A DNA stretch of 64,000 bases from Desulfosoma sp. Its GTDB lineage: Bacteria; Desulfobacterota; Syntrophobacteria; Syntrophobacterales; DSM-9756. Positions 11,901 through 20,350 of this stretch are shown piece after piece (within the stretch, counting starts at the first letter, position 1; the number at the start of each line of letters is the position of its first letter). A model generated the notes under the pieces. That model worked only from the letters and a program-made list of their open reading frames with translations, was not told the origin of the DNA and ran no database searches. The stretch lies in NCBI GenBank assembly GCA_037481835.1, contig JBBFKW010000015.1, forward strand, positions 61,228 to 125,227. The letters run 5' to 3'. A program made the position numbers and the translations under genes.

Positions 11901-12647
11901 ATGGCCGTTTCCATGGAAGAGAGCCGTCCCTATCGGAAAATGGCAACCACGTGCCGGACCCGTCCGGTGACCGAAAAGAGGATCGTGTGGCCCCGGCTGG
12001 ATCCCCTTTTGCTGGAAGGCGGCACATACCGCGTGGGCCTCCTTCGCCGGGATCTTATCGATTCCGCGGCGCGCCTCTGGCGGCTGGGCTATCCGGAACT
12101 CTACGGATCCCCCCACGAGTTCCTGCTGGATCCGGACGAGTACGAGCGGTGGGTGGCCCTGTGGGACCGATGGGAAGAGGATGCGCGATCCAAGGTGTAT
12201 TGCATGGCGGTGCTGGAAGAGGTGAAAAACGGGGACGTCCTGTCCGGCTCGGTGCTCACCAAGTTCGAGCGCAACCTCCAGGTGGAGTTTTCCTTCGTGG
12301 CGACCCTTCCCGGCTTCCGCCAAAGGCGGCTCACGGACGAACTGCGCCGTTTCGTGAGAAGGATCGCCGCGGGCACCGGCGCGGAATATTTCACCACCTT
12401 CTGCGAAACCTGGCATGACATCACCCAGAGGTGGTGTCTCAAAGGGGGCTGGAAGATCGCCGGAATCTTTCCCGGAAACTTCGTGCGATGGAACGGCGGC
12501 AACGAGGAGTACCGCGGCTGCACGGTGCACTTCTACCGCTTCGCCCGAGGGGCCCTGGACTACGTCACCCGCCCCGAGGAATGGCACCTGGCTCCCGAGG
12601 TGCAAAAGGTCTGGGAAGTCCTCGCCGAAGTCAACGGAGGCCTTTGA
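11901..12647 (+). CDS. Hypothetical protein, probable GNAT fold
   Basis: VATLPGFRQRRL resembles GNAT motif A; GGAGG RBS. Confidence 0.65.
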   Translation: MAVSMEESRPYRKMATTCRTRPVTEKRIVWPRLDPLLLEGGTYRVGLLRRDLIDSAARLWRLGYPELYGSPHEFLLDPDEYERWVALWDRWEEDARSKVYCMAVLEEVKNGDVLSGSVLTKFERNLQVEFSFVATLPGFRQRRLTDELRRFVRRIAAGTGAEYFTTFCETWHDITQRWCLKGGWKIAGIFPGNFVRWNGGNEEYRGCTVHFYRFARGALDYVTRPEEWHLAPEVQKVWEVLAEVNGGL

Positions 12648-12734
12648 GCCGGACCGCGGCACGCCATCTCATTCAACGCCCAAAGCCCAAGACTTCCGGC
12701 GGTTGATCCTGCGACGGGGATTGGATAGGCTCCG

Positions 12735-12992
12735 GTGCCTTCCACCATTGCCATCGAGATACCCCGTGAAGTCTTTCATGCCGCACGGATGACGCCGGAA
12801 GAGATGAAGCGGGAATTGGCCGTCCACTTGTTTCAGCGGGGGAGGCTATCGTTCGGCAAGGCCCGAGAAATGGCCGGCATGACCGTTTGGGAGTTCCAGC
12901 AATTGCTGGGAAGCAGGGCTATCCTCGTTCACTATGATCTGGAAGATTACGAGGAAGACCTGAACACGCTCAAGGAAATCGGGCGACTATGA
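12735..12992 (+). CDS. UPF0175-family putative antitoxin
   Basis: ELAVHLFQRGRLSFGKAREMAGM..WEFQQLL...YDLEDYEEDL. Confidence 0.88.
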   Translation: MPSTIAIEIPREVFHAARMTPEEMKRELAVHLFQRGRLSFGKAREMAGMTVWEFQQLLGSRAILVHYDLEDYEEDLNTLKEIGRL

Positions 12993-13111
12993 GCGTCGTC
13001 AGTAACGCTTCCGCTGTTAGTCCGTTCCTGAATGCGTTACGGGATATGGCCGGGTTCCGCGTAAGCGATGCGCTTTACATTCGTGTGTTGCAGGACGAGG
13101 GGGAGGCCTGA
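12989..13111 (+). pseudogene. Internally deleted DUF3368/PIN-like toxin gene (40 codons)
   Basis: ATGA overlap with the antitoxin stop; MSVVSNAS joined in frame to AVSPFLNALRDMAGFRVSDALYIRVLQDEGEA. Confidence 0.75.
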
Positions 13112-13152
13112 TACCGTTGATCCTACACGGGACAAGGGTCCTTCCCGATCAG

Positions 13153-13315
13153 GAGCTTGTCTGAAAAAGGTTCATTTGCCCCTTCCAACCTCCGTCCGTC
13201 ATCCCCGCAAAGCTTGTCCCCGGCTTGAACGGGGAGCTGAAACCCAGAATTTCCGGAAAGTTATGGACTCCAGCTTGCGCGGGAGTGACGGCTGGGGGAG
13301 TTCTCGGACAACCTC
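13153..13315. mobile_element. MITE shell carrying a CGTC-type REP doublet
   Basis: Ends GAGCTTGTCTGAAAA / TTCTCGGACAACCTC; flanks TCAG and CTAG; CGTCATCCCCGC...GCGGGAGTGACG at 13197-13290. Confidence 0.8.
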
Positions 13316-13459
13316 CTAGCATTGGGGCTTCGTCGGCGGGGCCCGAGGCAATGCGCTTTTCCAAAGCAGTTGCCGAAGCCCATGCCGCTGGGATAAGAAA
13401 GCCGTGTAGGGCCGGAGCCCCGCAAATCGGGAGCTTTTTGGGGAATTGCAGAGGTTGCC

Positions 13460-14428
13460 GTGTCTTTCAGCGTCCAGCTTTATCAAGCCATCGACGAACT
13501 CGATCCGAAGATCAGGAAGGTGCTCATCGACCTTTTGAACGAAGTCCAGGTTCACATGAGCCGCGTGGCCACACGCGAGGACTTTCGGGAACTGAAAAAG
13601 GTCGTGGAGAGCCTTGCCGTCACCACGAAAGAGCTGGCCGAGGCGCAGCAGCGGACGGAAACCCGGGTCGAGGAGCTGGCGGAAGCGCAGAAGCGCACCG
13701 AGCAGCGCGTCGAGGAGTTGGCCGAAGCGCAGAAGCGCACCGAAAAGCGCCTTGATGAGCTGGCGGAGGCCCAAAAACGCACCGAGCAACGCGTTCAGGA
13801 GCTGGCGGAGGCCCAAAAACGCACCGAGCAACGCGTTCAGGAGCTGGCGGAAGCTCAAAAACGCACTGAGCAGCGCGTCGAGGAGTTGGCGGAAGCCCAG
13901 AAGCGTACCGAAAAGCGCCTTGATGAGCTGGCGGAAGCTCAAAAACGCACCGAAGCCCGGCTGGAGAGGCTGGCCGAAGCGCAGGCAAAGACAGAAACGG
14001 AGCTCAGGAAACTCGTCCAAGAGCATCGCAAGACCCGGGAACAATTGGGCGGCTTGGCCCACACCGTGGGGTACCGCCTGGAAGACGAGGCCTTCAAGGC
14101 GCTTCCGGCGCTTTTGAAGCGAGATTTGGGCGTCGAAGTCCTGGGAAGGCTGAAACGCGACTTCCTTGAAATCGGCAAGGATCGGTACCTGGAAGTGAAC
14201 ATTTACGGTACCGGCATGCACGACGGAGCGGAATGCCTCATCATCGGGGAAGCCAAAACGCAGCTCAAAAAGAAGGACGTGGACACTTTTCTCCAGAAAG
14301 CCGGCCAGGTGGCGAGCCTTGTGCCCAAGGAACAGGTCAGGCTTCTCGTGACCTACCAGGCGTCTCCGCCCGTGCAGAAGTATGTGCGGGATCAGGGGAT
14401 CTTTCTTTACTTCTCGTACGATTTTTAA
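13460..14428 (+). CDS. Coiled-coil tandem-repeat protein with C-terminal PD-(D/E)XK-like domain (DUF3782-like)
   Basis: Nine [18 protein letters not shown] units; GYRLED...EVNIYG...IIGEAKT. Confidence 0.82.
   Translation: MSFSVQLYQAIDELDPKIRKVLIDLLNEVQVHMSRVATREDFRELKKVVESLAVTTKELAEAQQRTETRVEELAEAQKRTEQRVEELAEAQKRTEKRLDELAEAQKRTEQRVQELAEAQKRTEQRVQELAEAQKRTEQRVEELAEAQKRTEKRLDELAEAQKRTEARLERLAEAQAKTETELRKLVQEHRKTREQLGGLAHTVGYRLEDEAFKALPALLKRDLGVEVLGRLKRDFLEIGKDRYLEVNIYGTGMHDGAECLIIGEAKTQLKKKDVDTFLQKAGQVASLVPKEQVRLLVTYQASPPVQKYVRDQGIFLYFSYDF
13628..14005 (+). repeat. 42-nt intragenic tandem repeat x9
   Basis: Units at 13757-13798 and 13799-13840 are identical. Confidence 0.95.
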
Positions 14429-14442
14429 TTCCAAGGGATCGC

Positions 14443-14877
14443 GTGCTGCGTTTTCATCTGGAACGGGCCTCGCGGCGTTTCCGTGTCGGTCTGCGGGCGA
14501 ATTGCGCCCCCGACGCGGTGTGGGCGGTCCTGAGCGACACGCGCCTGTGGCCCCGGTGGGGCCCCAGCATCACCAAGGTCGAGGTGGACGGGACGGATTC
14601 CGTGGTTCACGAGGGCATGCGCGGTCGCGTGCGCACCGTCTTCGGCCGGATGTTTCCTTTCGTACTGGAGGACGTGGATCCGCCCAGGTCTTGGGGCTGG
14701 CGGGTGGCCGGCGTGAAAGCCACCGGGCACGAGGTCATTGCCGAAGGCGACGGCGGGGCCTGGATCGTCTTCAGTATGCCCTGGTGGGCCTTTTTCTATG
14801 CCCCCGTGTGCTTGTGGGCGGCCCGGCGGATCAGCGCTTTGGCTCGAACAATGTCGCCTCCCGGAGGAATCCCCTGA
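14443..14877 (+). CDS. SRPBCC/polyketide-cyclase family protein
   Basis: APDAVWAVLSDTRLWPRWGPSI; start uncertain. Confidence 0.8.
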   Translation: MLRFHLERASRRFRVGLRANCAPDAVWAVLSDTRLWPRWGPSITKVEVDGTDSVVHEGMRGRVRTVFGRMFPFVLEDVDPPRSWGWRVAGVKATGHEVIAEGDGGAWIVFSMPWWAFFYAPVCLWAARRISALARTMSPPGGIP

Positions 14878-14944
14878 TGGGCTCGGGGATCGTCCTTCGG
14901 CGAGCCCTCTGCCCCCTGAGGGCGGGGCAGGGGCGGTATTCCAA

Positions 14945-15264
14945 GAGCCTGTCCGACAATGGCTGATTTGCCATGTTTGCGTGAAAGGCGAGCTCAGAGT
15001 CTCGGAAGGCCGGATTTTCATGGTTCGTTGTCCGGCCGGGGCAAGACGGATGTTGGGGTTCGCTGCGCTCACCCTAGCCTACGGGATGTTTATAGATGTC
15101 GGCCGGCGAAATGACTGTTGGGGTTCGCTTCGCTCACCCCAACCTACAAGTTTATGGATGTCGGTCGGGGAAATGTAGGTTGGGGTGAGCGAAGCGAACC
15201 CCAACAAGAATCACGGGCACGGTCACACATCGCGGTGCCACAACGAAGGATACCCACACCCCGC
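14945..15264. repeat. TIR plus module B containing three GTAG REPs
   Basis: GAGCCTGTCCGACAA at 14945; REPs at 15051-15082(-), 15116-15147(-), 15175-15206(+). Confidence 0.85.
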
Positions 15265-15406
15265 GGGCCGGTTCGACAATGGACCATGTGCCGCCTCTTC
15301 CGCATCCACTCGTCATGCCCGCGGAAGCGGGTATCCAGAATTTACAGGGCGTTGTCGACTCCCGCTTGCGCGGGAGTGACGATTTGAAGAGGTTTTAGAC
15401 AGCCTT
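15265..15406. mobile_element. MITE shell carrying a CGTC-type REP doublet
   Basis: Degenerate left end GGGCCGGTTCGACAA, right end TTTTAGACAGCCTT plus CTAG; doublet 15311-15381. Confidence 0.7.
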
Positions 15407-15410
15407 CTAG

Positions 15411-15509
15411 GAGCTTGTCCGAGAATGCCGATTTTGGTGCTTTATGGCATCCTAACTATCTGAATTTACGTTGCTCAGATCGGCAAGAATCGAGTTCTCA
15501 GACAGCCTT
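15411..15509. mobile_element. 99-bp MITE flanked by CTAG
   Basis: Inverted copy of 1573-1671; CTAG at 15407-15410 and 15510-15513. Confidence 0.85.
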
Positions 15510-15890
15510 CTAGGCTGCCCCGATCAAGGGCAGTTCCTTTTCGATGGCGAAAAAGACAGCGAATTCCTTCGCTCCCGCGTCCTCCGATCTCGTGGGGTAG
15601 CTTTTGCGGCGCAGGGATTCGAGGAGTTCCGGATCTTCCGATTCCTTGATTTTCTTGAGAAAGAAACGCTTTCCCTTGTATCCTCCACCGTCTTCCCTAA
15701 AAAGATAGGCGGCTTTTGGGTTCGACTGCAGATTGTGATGGGTCAGGCGATCTTTCATGATGAACGCCAAGGTTCCATCCTCCATGACGTGCGGTCTGGC
15801 GTAGACCGCCGCATCCACACGGCCTTCCGCATCGGCGGTGGCAAGGACACCGAATCCTTTGGTCTGTTCGAAGTAGCTCTTGAGATCCAT
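15510..15890 (-). CDS. Pyridoxamine 5'-phosphate oxidase family (split-barrel) protein
   Basis: GVLATADAEG.VDAAVYARP...NLQSNPKA; AAGGAG RBS. Confidence 0.85.
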   Translation of the reverse strand: MDLKSYFEQTKGFGVLATADAEGRVDAAVYARPHVMEDGTLAFIMKDRLTHHNLQSNPKAAYLFREDGGGYKGKRFFLKKIKESEDPELLESLRRKSYPTRSEDAGAKEFAVFFAIEKELPLIGAA

Positions 15891-16012
15891 GGCGCGCTCC
15901 TTGTGGGCCTTCACCGTTTTGTGAGCGAAACTTTTTCGAGTTCCTGATTCCCTTTGTTATACGAATATAAGGATCAAGGTCCCTTGTGCGCCACCGTCAT
16001 GGCCTTGGGGAT

Positions 16013-16270
16013 TCATTCCACCGCGATGGGTGTGGCTTTTTTTTCGCCGCTCTTTTCGCCCTTTTTCCTTTCCAAATGGTCGATCCGCTCGTCGATGAGA
16101 CTCCTCACAGCCCGAAGGACCTCAATGCGGGCGTTGGTTAGGTGCTCCCAGAAGGGCTTTGCCGAGCCCTTCCCGCTGCCCAGGGCGTGCATCATCTGGC
16201 ACATGGGGCAGCGACACCGCGTCTGTTCCGATCGTTCCGTCTCGACGTCATGCTTCTCATGCCGGCTCAT
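16013..16270 (-). CDS. Small hypothetical protein, ArsA-associated (CxCPxC, C-terminal IAVE)
   Basis: GGAGG RBS; overlaps ArsA 3' end; HLTNARIEVLRAVRSLID amphipathic helix. Confidence 0.78.
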   Translation of the reverse strand: MSRHEKHDVETERSEQTRCRCPMCQMMHALGSGKGSAKPFWEHLTNARIEVLRAVRSLIDERIDHLERKKGEKSGEKKATPIAVE

Positions 16271-17462
16271 GACCACCTCCAAAGGTTATGGTCAAAGTCT
16301 CTTTTTCCAGTCGGGCCTTTTCGGGGTGCAGCCGCGCGAAGGCGCGAGGCAACACCAGGTTCTTCTTGAACACCCCCATGCGGATGACGAGTTCGTCCCC
16401 CACCTTGGTCAGGGCGATTTCTTCCCGGCTGACGAAGGGGAAATGGATGCGAACCATGGGGTTCCCGTTTTCGGAAACAAAACTGACAGGCTGGTGATGG
16501 TAGAGGATGTCATGGGGCGGGGTGTCGCCGTAGAGGGCCTGAGCCAGGGCTTTGAGGCGGCCGTAGCCCAGCGTTTCGTGCTCGAAATAGGGCGCGGTCA
16601 GGACGGGGATGGGATCGAAGGACGAGGTCACCAGGTTGAGATATGACCGTTGCTGCTCGAGGAGAGCCTTGAGGAAGGGATCTTGTGAATCTTCGGCGAA
16701 TACGCGGTTGACGATGATGGCGTCGATCCCCAGTTGGTGCAGGGAAAAGAACATGAAACTGCGCTGCGTCTCGCGGATGACCATTTTTTCCAGGTTGGTC
16801 ACAAGGCGCACCGACGTCCTGTGCGTGTCGGTCAAAAGGGCGTCCACACCGCGCAGCCTTTGAAACAGCCTTTCTATGGAGGCGAAATAGGCGTCTTCGG
16901 GCAGCGGCACGTCGGAAAGTCGCCGGACCACCGGGCGGGCCATGCGGAAGAGGTTTCGCTCCATGCGGAAGATCTTTTCCATGTACCATTCGAGGGCCTT
17001 GGGGACACTCACGAATCGAATGGATTCCGCGGTCGGCGCGCAGTCCAGAATAAGGACGTCATAAGCCTCGTCCTTGGCGTAACGGTTCACGTAAAGGAGG
17101 GCGCTCACCTCTTCCATTCCCGGGAGGACCGCCAGTTCTTCGGCGAGCACACTGTCCAGCCCCGAAACGTTCAGCAGGAGACTCAGATACTGGTGCACTT
17201 CCCCCCAGTGTTTTTGGATTTCCTCGTGAACGTCCAGTTCCTGAATCCACAAGTTTTCAGCCACGGCGACCGGCCGGCCTCGGTTCACGTCCATGAGGCG
17301 CCGGTCCAAGTCGAAGGCATCACTGAGACTGTGGGCCGGATCCAGGGACATCACGAGGGTCTTGAGGCCTCGTTCGGCAAGGAGCACGCCCGTTCCGGCG
17401 GCCACACTGGTTTTGCCCACACCGCCTTTTCCGGCAAAAAGCATGATGCGCATGGTTTTCAT
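16257..17462 (-). CDS. ArsA/Get3-family ATPase with C-terminal Hsp20-like domain
   Basis: GKGGVGKTS, SLDPAHSLSD, DCAPT; C-terminal KVGDELVIRMG...LP...KARLE. Confidence 0.93.
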   Translation of the reverse strand: MKTMRIMLFAGKGGVGKTSVAAGTGVLLAERGLKTLVMSLDPAHSLSDAFDLDRRLMDVNRGRPVAVAENLWIQELDVHEEIQKHWGEVHQYLSLLLNVSGLDSVLAEELAVLPGMEEVSALLYVNRYAKDEAYDVLILDCAPTAESIRFVSVPKALEWYMEKIFRMERNLFRMARPVVRRLSDVPLPEDAYFASIERLFQRLRGVDALLTDTHRTSVRLVTNLEKMVIRETQRSFMFFSLHQLGIDAIIVNRVFAEDSQDPFLKALLEQQRSYLNLVTSSFDPIPVLTAPYFEHETLGYGRLKALAQALYGDTPPHDILYHHQPVSFVSENGNPMVRIHFPFVSREEIALTKVGDELVIRMGVFKKNLVLPRAFARLHPEKARLEKETLTITFGGGHEPA

Positions 17463-17554
17463 CCGTTTTGGTCGGTTGCAGCGTCCACGGCACGGCCGAA
17501 CCCGAGACAATCACCGGGGCGGCCCTCCGTGGACTCTCGAAGAGATCCCCTCCC

Positions 17555-17583
17555 ATTAAAATCCATGGCAGAGTCGGTTTCAA
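17555..17583 (-). promoter_or_regulatory. Candidate sigma70 promoter of the ArsA operon
   Basis: TTGAAA-N17-TTTAAT. Confidence 0.5.
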
Positions 17584-17831
17584 GTCCGAGACCCGCTTGT
17601 GTGAACAGGAAGGCCGTTGCCCAAGGACGGTCTCGGGTGTAGAAAGCACAAACCGAGAAGTCCCGTGGGCGCCGCACAAGGTGCAAGGAAAGGCTGCGAC
17701 GACGGGGCACCCGAAACGGTCTTTTCGACCGAGGTGGGCAAGGATTATGGGATGGATCCGGCGTGAGCGGGTTGCGGTAAGAAGCGCTTAGGTGCACGGC
17801 GCGTCGGATCTGGTTCGGGAGAGGAAGGAGG

Positions 17832-18119
17832 ATGAGTCCAGAAAAAATTTGGTTGGGCGTCGGGTTTTCGGCACAGGCGCTTTTTTCCGCCCGGTTTTTT
17901 GTCCAGTGGATTGCCAGCGAGAGAGCCGGACGAAGCGTCGTTCCCGTGGCCTTTTGGATCCTCAGCGTCTTCGGTGGAGCGCTCCTTTTGGCTTACGCCC
18001 TGTGGCGGCGGGATCCGGTCTTTATCGTGGGGCAAGGAGCGGGGCTCATCATCTACGGTCGAAACCTCTATCTCATTTACCGGGAAAAACGAGCATTGCG
18101 GGAGACGAAACGTGGCTGA
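17832..18119 (+). CDS. Lipid A biosynthesis N-terminal (LAB_N) domain membrane protein
   Basis: GFSAQALFSARFFVQWIASE..SVVPVAFW..DPVFIVGQ..IYGRNL. Confidence 0.92.
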   Translation: MSPEKIWLGVGFSAQALFSARFFVQWIASERAGRSVVPVAFWILSVFGGALLLAYALWRRDPVFIVGQGAGLIIYGRNLYLIYREKRALRETKRG

Positions 18120-19674
18120 GTACACGAGCCGCACCACCTTGCTGGGGCTCGCCCTTTTGTGCGCCCTCGTCGGCGCCGTGGCTTTTCAGGGCAGCCGAGG
18201 CCTCTACGAGTCCACGGAAGGCCGTTACGCGGAATGCGCTCGGGAGATGATCGTAACCGGAGATTACCTTCGGCCCACTCTGGACTTTGCCCCCCATTGG
18301 ACCAAGCCTCCCCTGACCTATTGGGCCATCGCTGCAGGAGTGCAGATCCTGGGTCGAAACGCCTGGGGGGCGAGGGGCTTCCTCATCCCCACTTTTTTCC
18401 TCACGGTTCTGGGCGTTTACTGGCTGGGCCGCTGGCTTTGGGCCCCCCGCACGGGATCCGTTGCCGCACTCATTTACGCCACTTCGTGGGGGCCGGCGGG
18501 AGCGGCTTCGACGGTGAACGCGGACTCCTTGCTGACCCTCTGGGAGACGCTGGCACTGGCCTGTTTCTGGTGGGGCGTGCGAAGCCGCAGAAATCGAGCC
18601 GCCGGGCTCATGTGGTTTTTCTTCGGCATGGCGTTTTTCACCAAAGGGCCGCCCGCGCTGCTGCCACTTCTGGCCCTGGGGGTTTTTCGCGCACTCACCC
18701 GGGACCGCTCCGTGCGCTCCGCCCCCTTTTTCGTTCCCGCGGGCATCGGCCTCTTTTTGGCAGTGGGCCTCTGGTGGTATGCCCTGTCCATGGTTCGCTA
18801 CCCAGGCCTTCTTCCCTATTGGCTCAAGCACGAAGTGGTGGGGCGGGTGGCTACGGAAGAGTTCCATAGGAATGCCCAGTGGTATAAGATGTTCACGGTC
18901 TACTGGCCATTTTTGCTGGGAGGGGCTTTGCCCTGGCTTGCCGTTACGGTTTTGGGGCATGGCCGCGCCCTTTGGGCGTTCTTTGGGGGCTTCCGGCGCT
19001 GGCGTCTTCCGGACGCTTTGTCCGACCTGAAAACGACGTTTAAGGACCTCAGTGCTGAAGGCCTGTTTCTCCTCGTGGCCTTTTTCGTGCCGCTTACGGT
19101 GTTTTCCTTGAGCCGATCCAGAATGCCACTCTACATTCTGCCTCTTTTTCCCGTCGTCGCCTGCTTTCTGGCACGGCATGTGGACTCACTTGCCGCCCGT
19201 GGCTTCGGGTCCCGGCGGAAAATGGCCGCAGTAGCGTTGGTGAGCACTGCTATCATCATAACGGGCAAGGGGGTGGCGGCCCACTGGCCGTCGAAGAGAG
19301 ATATGGGGGCGATTTTCCGGGCTTTGGAAGCCGCCGTCCCTCCAAAGGATCGATCCGGCACGCCTCTCTATCTCGTCTCCCAGAGCCCGTGCTATGGATT
19401 GCAGTTTTATTGGGGAGATCCTTTCATTCGAATCCACCGGTCACCGGACGAAGCGCCGGATGTGGGATTCCTCCCGTTTTCCGCCCTTTGGGCGGATATG
19501 GGCCTCAATCCCACCTCCGGCTCGGCAGGGCGCCTTGCGGTCACACGAAAAGAAAACGCCCCGTTCTTGGAAGATGCGCTTCAGCGCAGAGGGCACCGCG
19601 TGGCTACGAAACCCCTGACTCCCCATTGGAGCCTTCTCGAAGTCTCGCCTCCTGACGGCGGGGTCAAGGAATAG
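18112..19674 (+). CDS. ArnT/PMT (GT39/GT83)-type phospholipid-carrier glycosyltransferase
   Basis: EGRYAECAREM, KPPLTYW, TKGP, YILP; multiple TM segments. Confidence 0.9.
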   Translation: MAEYTSRTTLLGLALLCALVGAVAFQGSRGLYESTEGRYAECAREMIVTGDYLRPTLDFAPHWTKPPLTYWAIAAGVQILGRNAWGARGFLIPTFFLTVLGVYWLGRWLWAPRTGSVAALIYATSWGPAGAASTVNADSLLTLWETLALACFWWGVRSRRNRAAGLMWFFFGMAFFTKGPPALLPLLALGVFRALTRDRSVRSAPFFVPAGIGLFLAVGLWWYALSMVRYPGLLPYWLKHEVVGRVATEEFHRNAQWYKMFTVYWPFLLGGALPWLAVTVLGHGRALWAFFGGFRRWRLPDALSDLKTTFKDLSAEGLFLLVAFFVPLTVFSLSRSRMPLYILPLFPVVACFLARHVDSLAARGFGSRRKMAAVALVSTAIIITGKGVAAHWPSKRDMGAIFRALEAAVPPKDRSGTPLYLVSQSPCYGLQFYWGDPFIRIHRSPDEAPDVGFLPFSALWADMGLNPTSGSAGRLAVTRKENAPFLEDALQRRGHRVATKPLTPHWSLLEVSPPDGGVKE

Positions 19675-19686
19675 AGCCCGTAAGAT

Positions 19687-19866
19687 TCAGGGGGCTTTTT
19701 TGAAATCGCCGGCGTAGCGCCCGACGGTGGCGTCGTCCACACAGGATTCCCGTTCTTCGGGCGTCAGCTCCGAAGGGTCTTTCAAGGCATCCACGGCGCA
19801 GTAAAATTCGTTTCCCGCCCGATCGGTCACCCGAACCAAAGTCTCACCTCTTGTGAATGCAGCCAT
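19687..19866 (-). CDS. 59-aa hypothetical protein, paralog 1
   Basis: VRVTDRAGNEFYCAVDALKDP..LTPEE..CVDDA; RBS GGAGAAGG; homologous to the neighbour. Confidence 0.85.
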   Translation of the reverse strand: MAAFTRGETLVRVTDRAGNEFYCAVDALKDPSELTPEERESCVDDATVGRYAGDFKKAP

Positions 19867-19902
19867 CGCGCCTTCTCCATACAGAAAGTTCATAGGGTTC
19901 AA

Positions 19903-19942
19903 CAAAAAGAGCCCGTCCGGCTCTCGTGCCGGTGGGCTCTCT
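19903..19942 (-). terminator. Intrinsic terminator between the two small paralogs
   Basis: GAGCCC..CCGGC/GCCGG.GGGCTC stem followed by TTTTT on minus strand. Confidence 0.65.
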
Positions 19943-19978
19943 TACGCATCTCAAAAGACCTTAGGCCTCAGATGATCG

Positions 19979-20155
19979 TTACCCCCCGGCAAAGGGCTGG
20001 ACGGTCTTCGCGTCGTCAACGCAGTTTTTGAGTTCTTCCGGTTTCATGGATTTCGGGTCTTTCAAGACATCCACCGGGCAGACGAATTCATTCCCCGCCT
20101 TGTCCTTGACCCATACGAATTGCTGCCTCTTGCTCGGTTGTGTCACATCGGCCAT
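19979..20155 (-). CDS. 58-aa hypothetical protein, paralog 2 (absent from ORF track)
   Basis: MADVTQPSKRQQFVWVKDKAGNEFVCPVDVLKDPKSMKPEELKNCVDDAKTVQPFAGG; AAAGGAG RBS. Confidence 0.88.
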   Translation of the reverse strand: MADVTQPSKRQQFVWVKDKAGNEFVCPVDVLKDPKSMKPEELKNCVDDAKTVQPFAGG

Positions 20156-20350
20156 GGTAGAACTCCTTTCATGTGCGATCCTTGGACTGAAACCCTTTTG
20201 CCTTGTCTTGAGATCAATCTCATCACGATCCGCGAGATCTCAAGGGCAACGTTTTGGGGGGAAATTGGTAGGGCATCCCACCGAAAAGGGCGCCGTGCCC
20301 TGCCCCGCCGCGCTCGGACTCGAAGGCCGGAGACTTTTTTGAGGATAAGC

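Noticed and set aside
16257..17462. Arsenite-efflux ArsA
   Set aside because: Single ATPase domain with an Hsp20-like tail and no arsB/arsD/arsR nearby
17560..17720. tRNA-like or riboswitch-like sequence (GGTTTCAAGTCC)
   Set aside because: No cloverleaf can be formed; it overlaps a minus-strand promoter candidate
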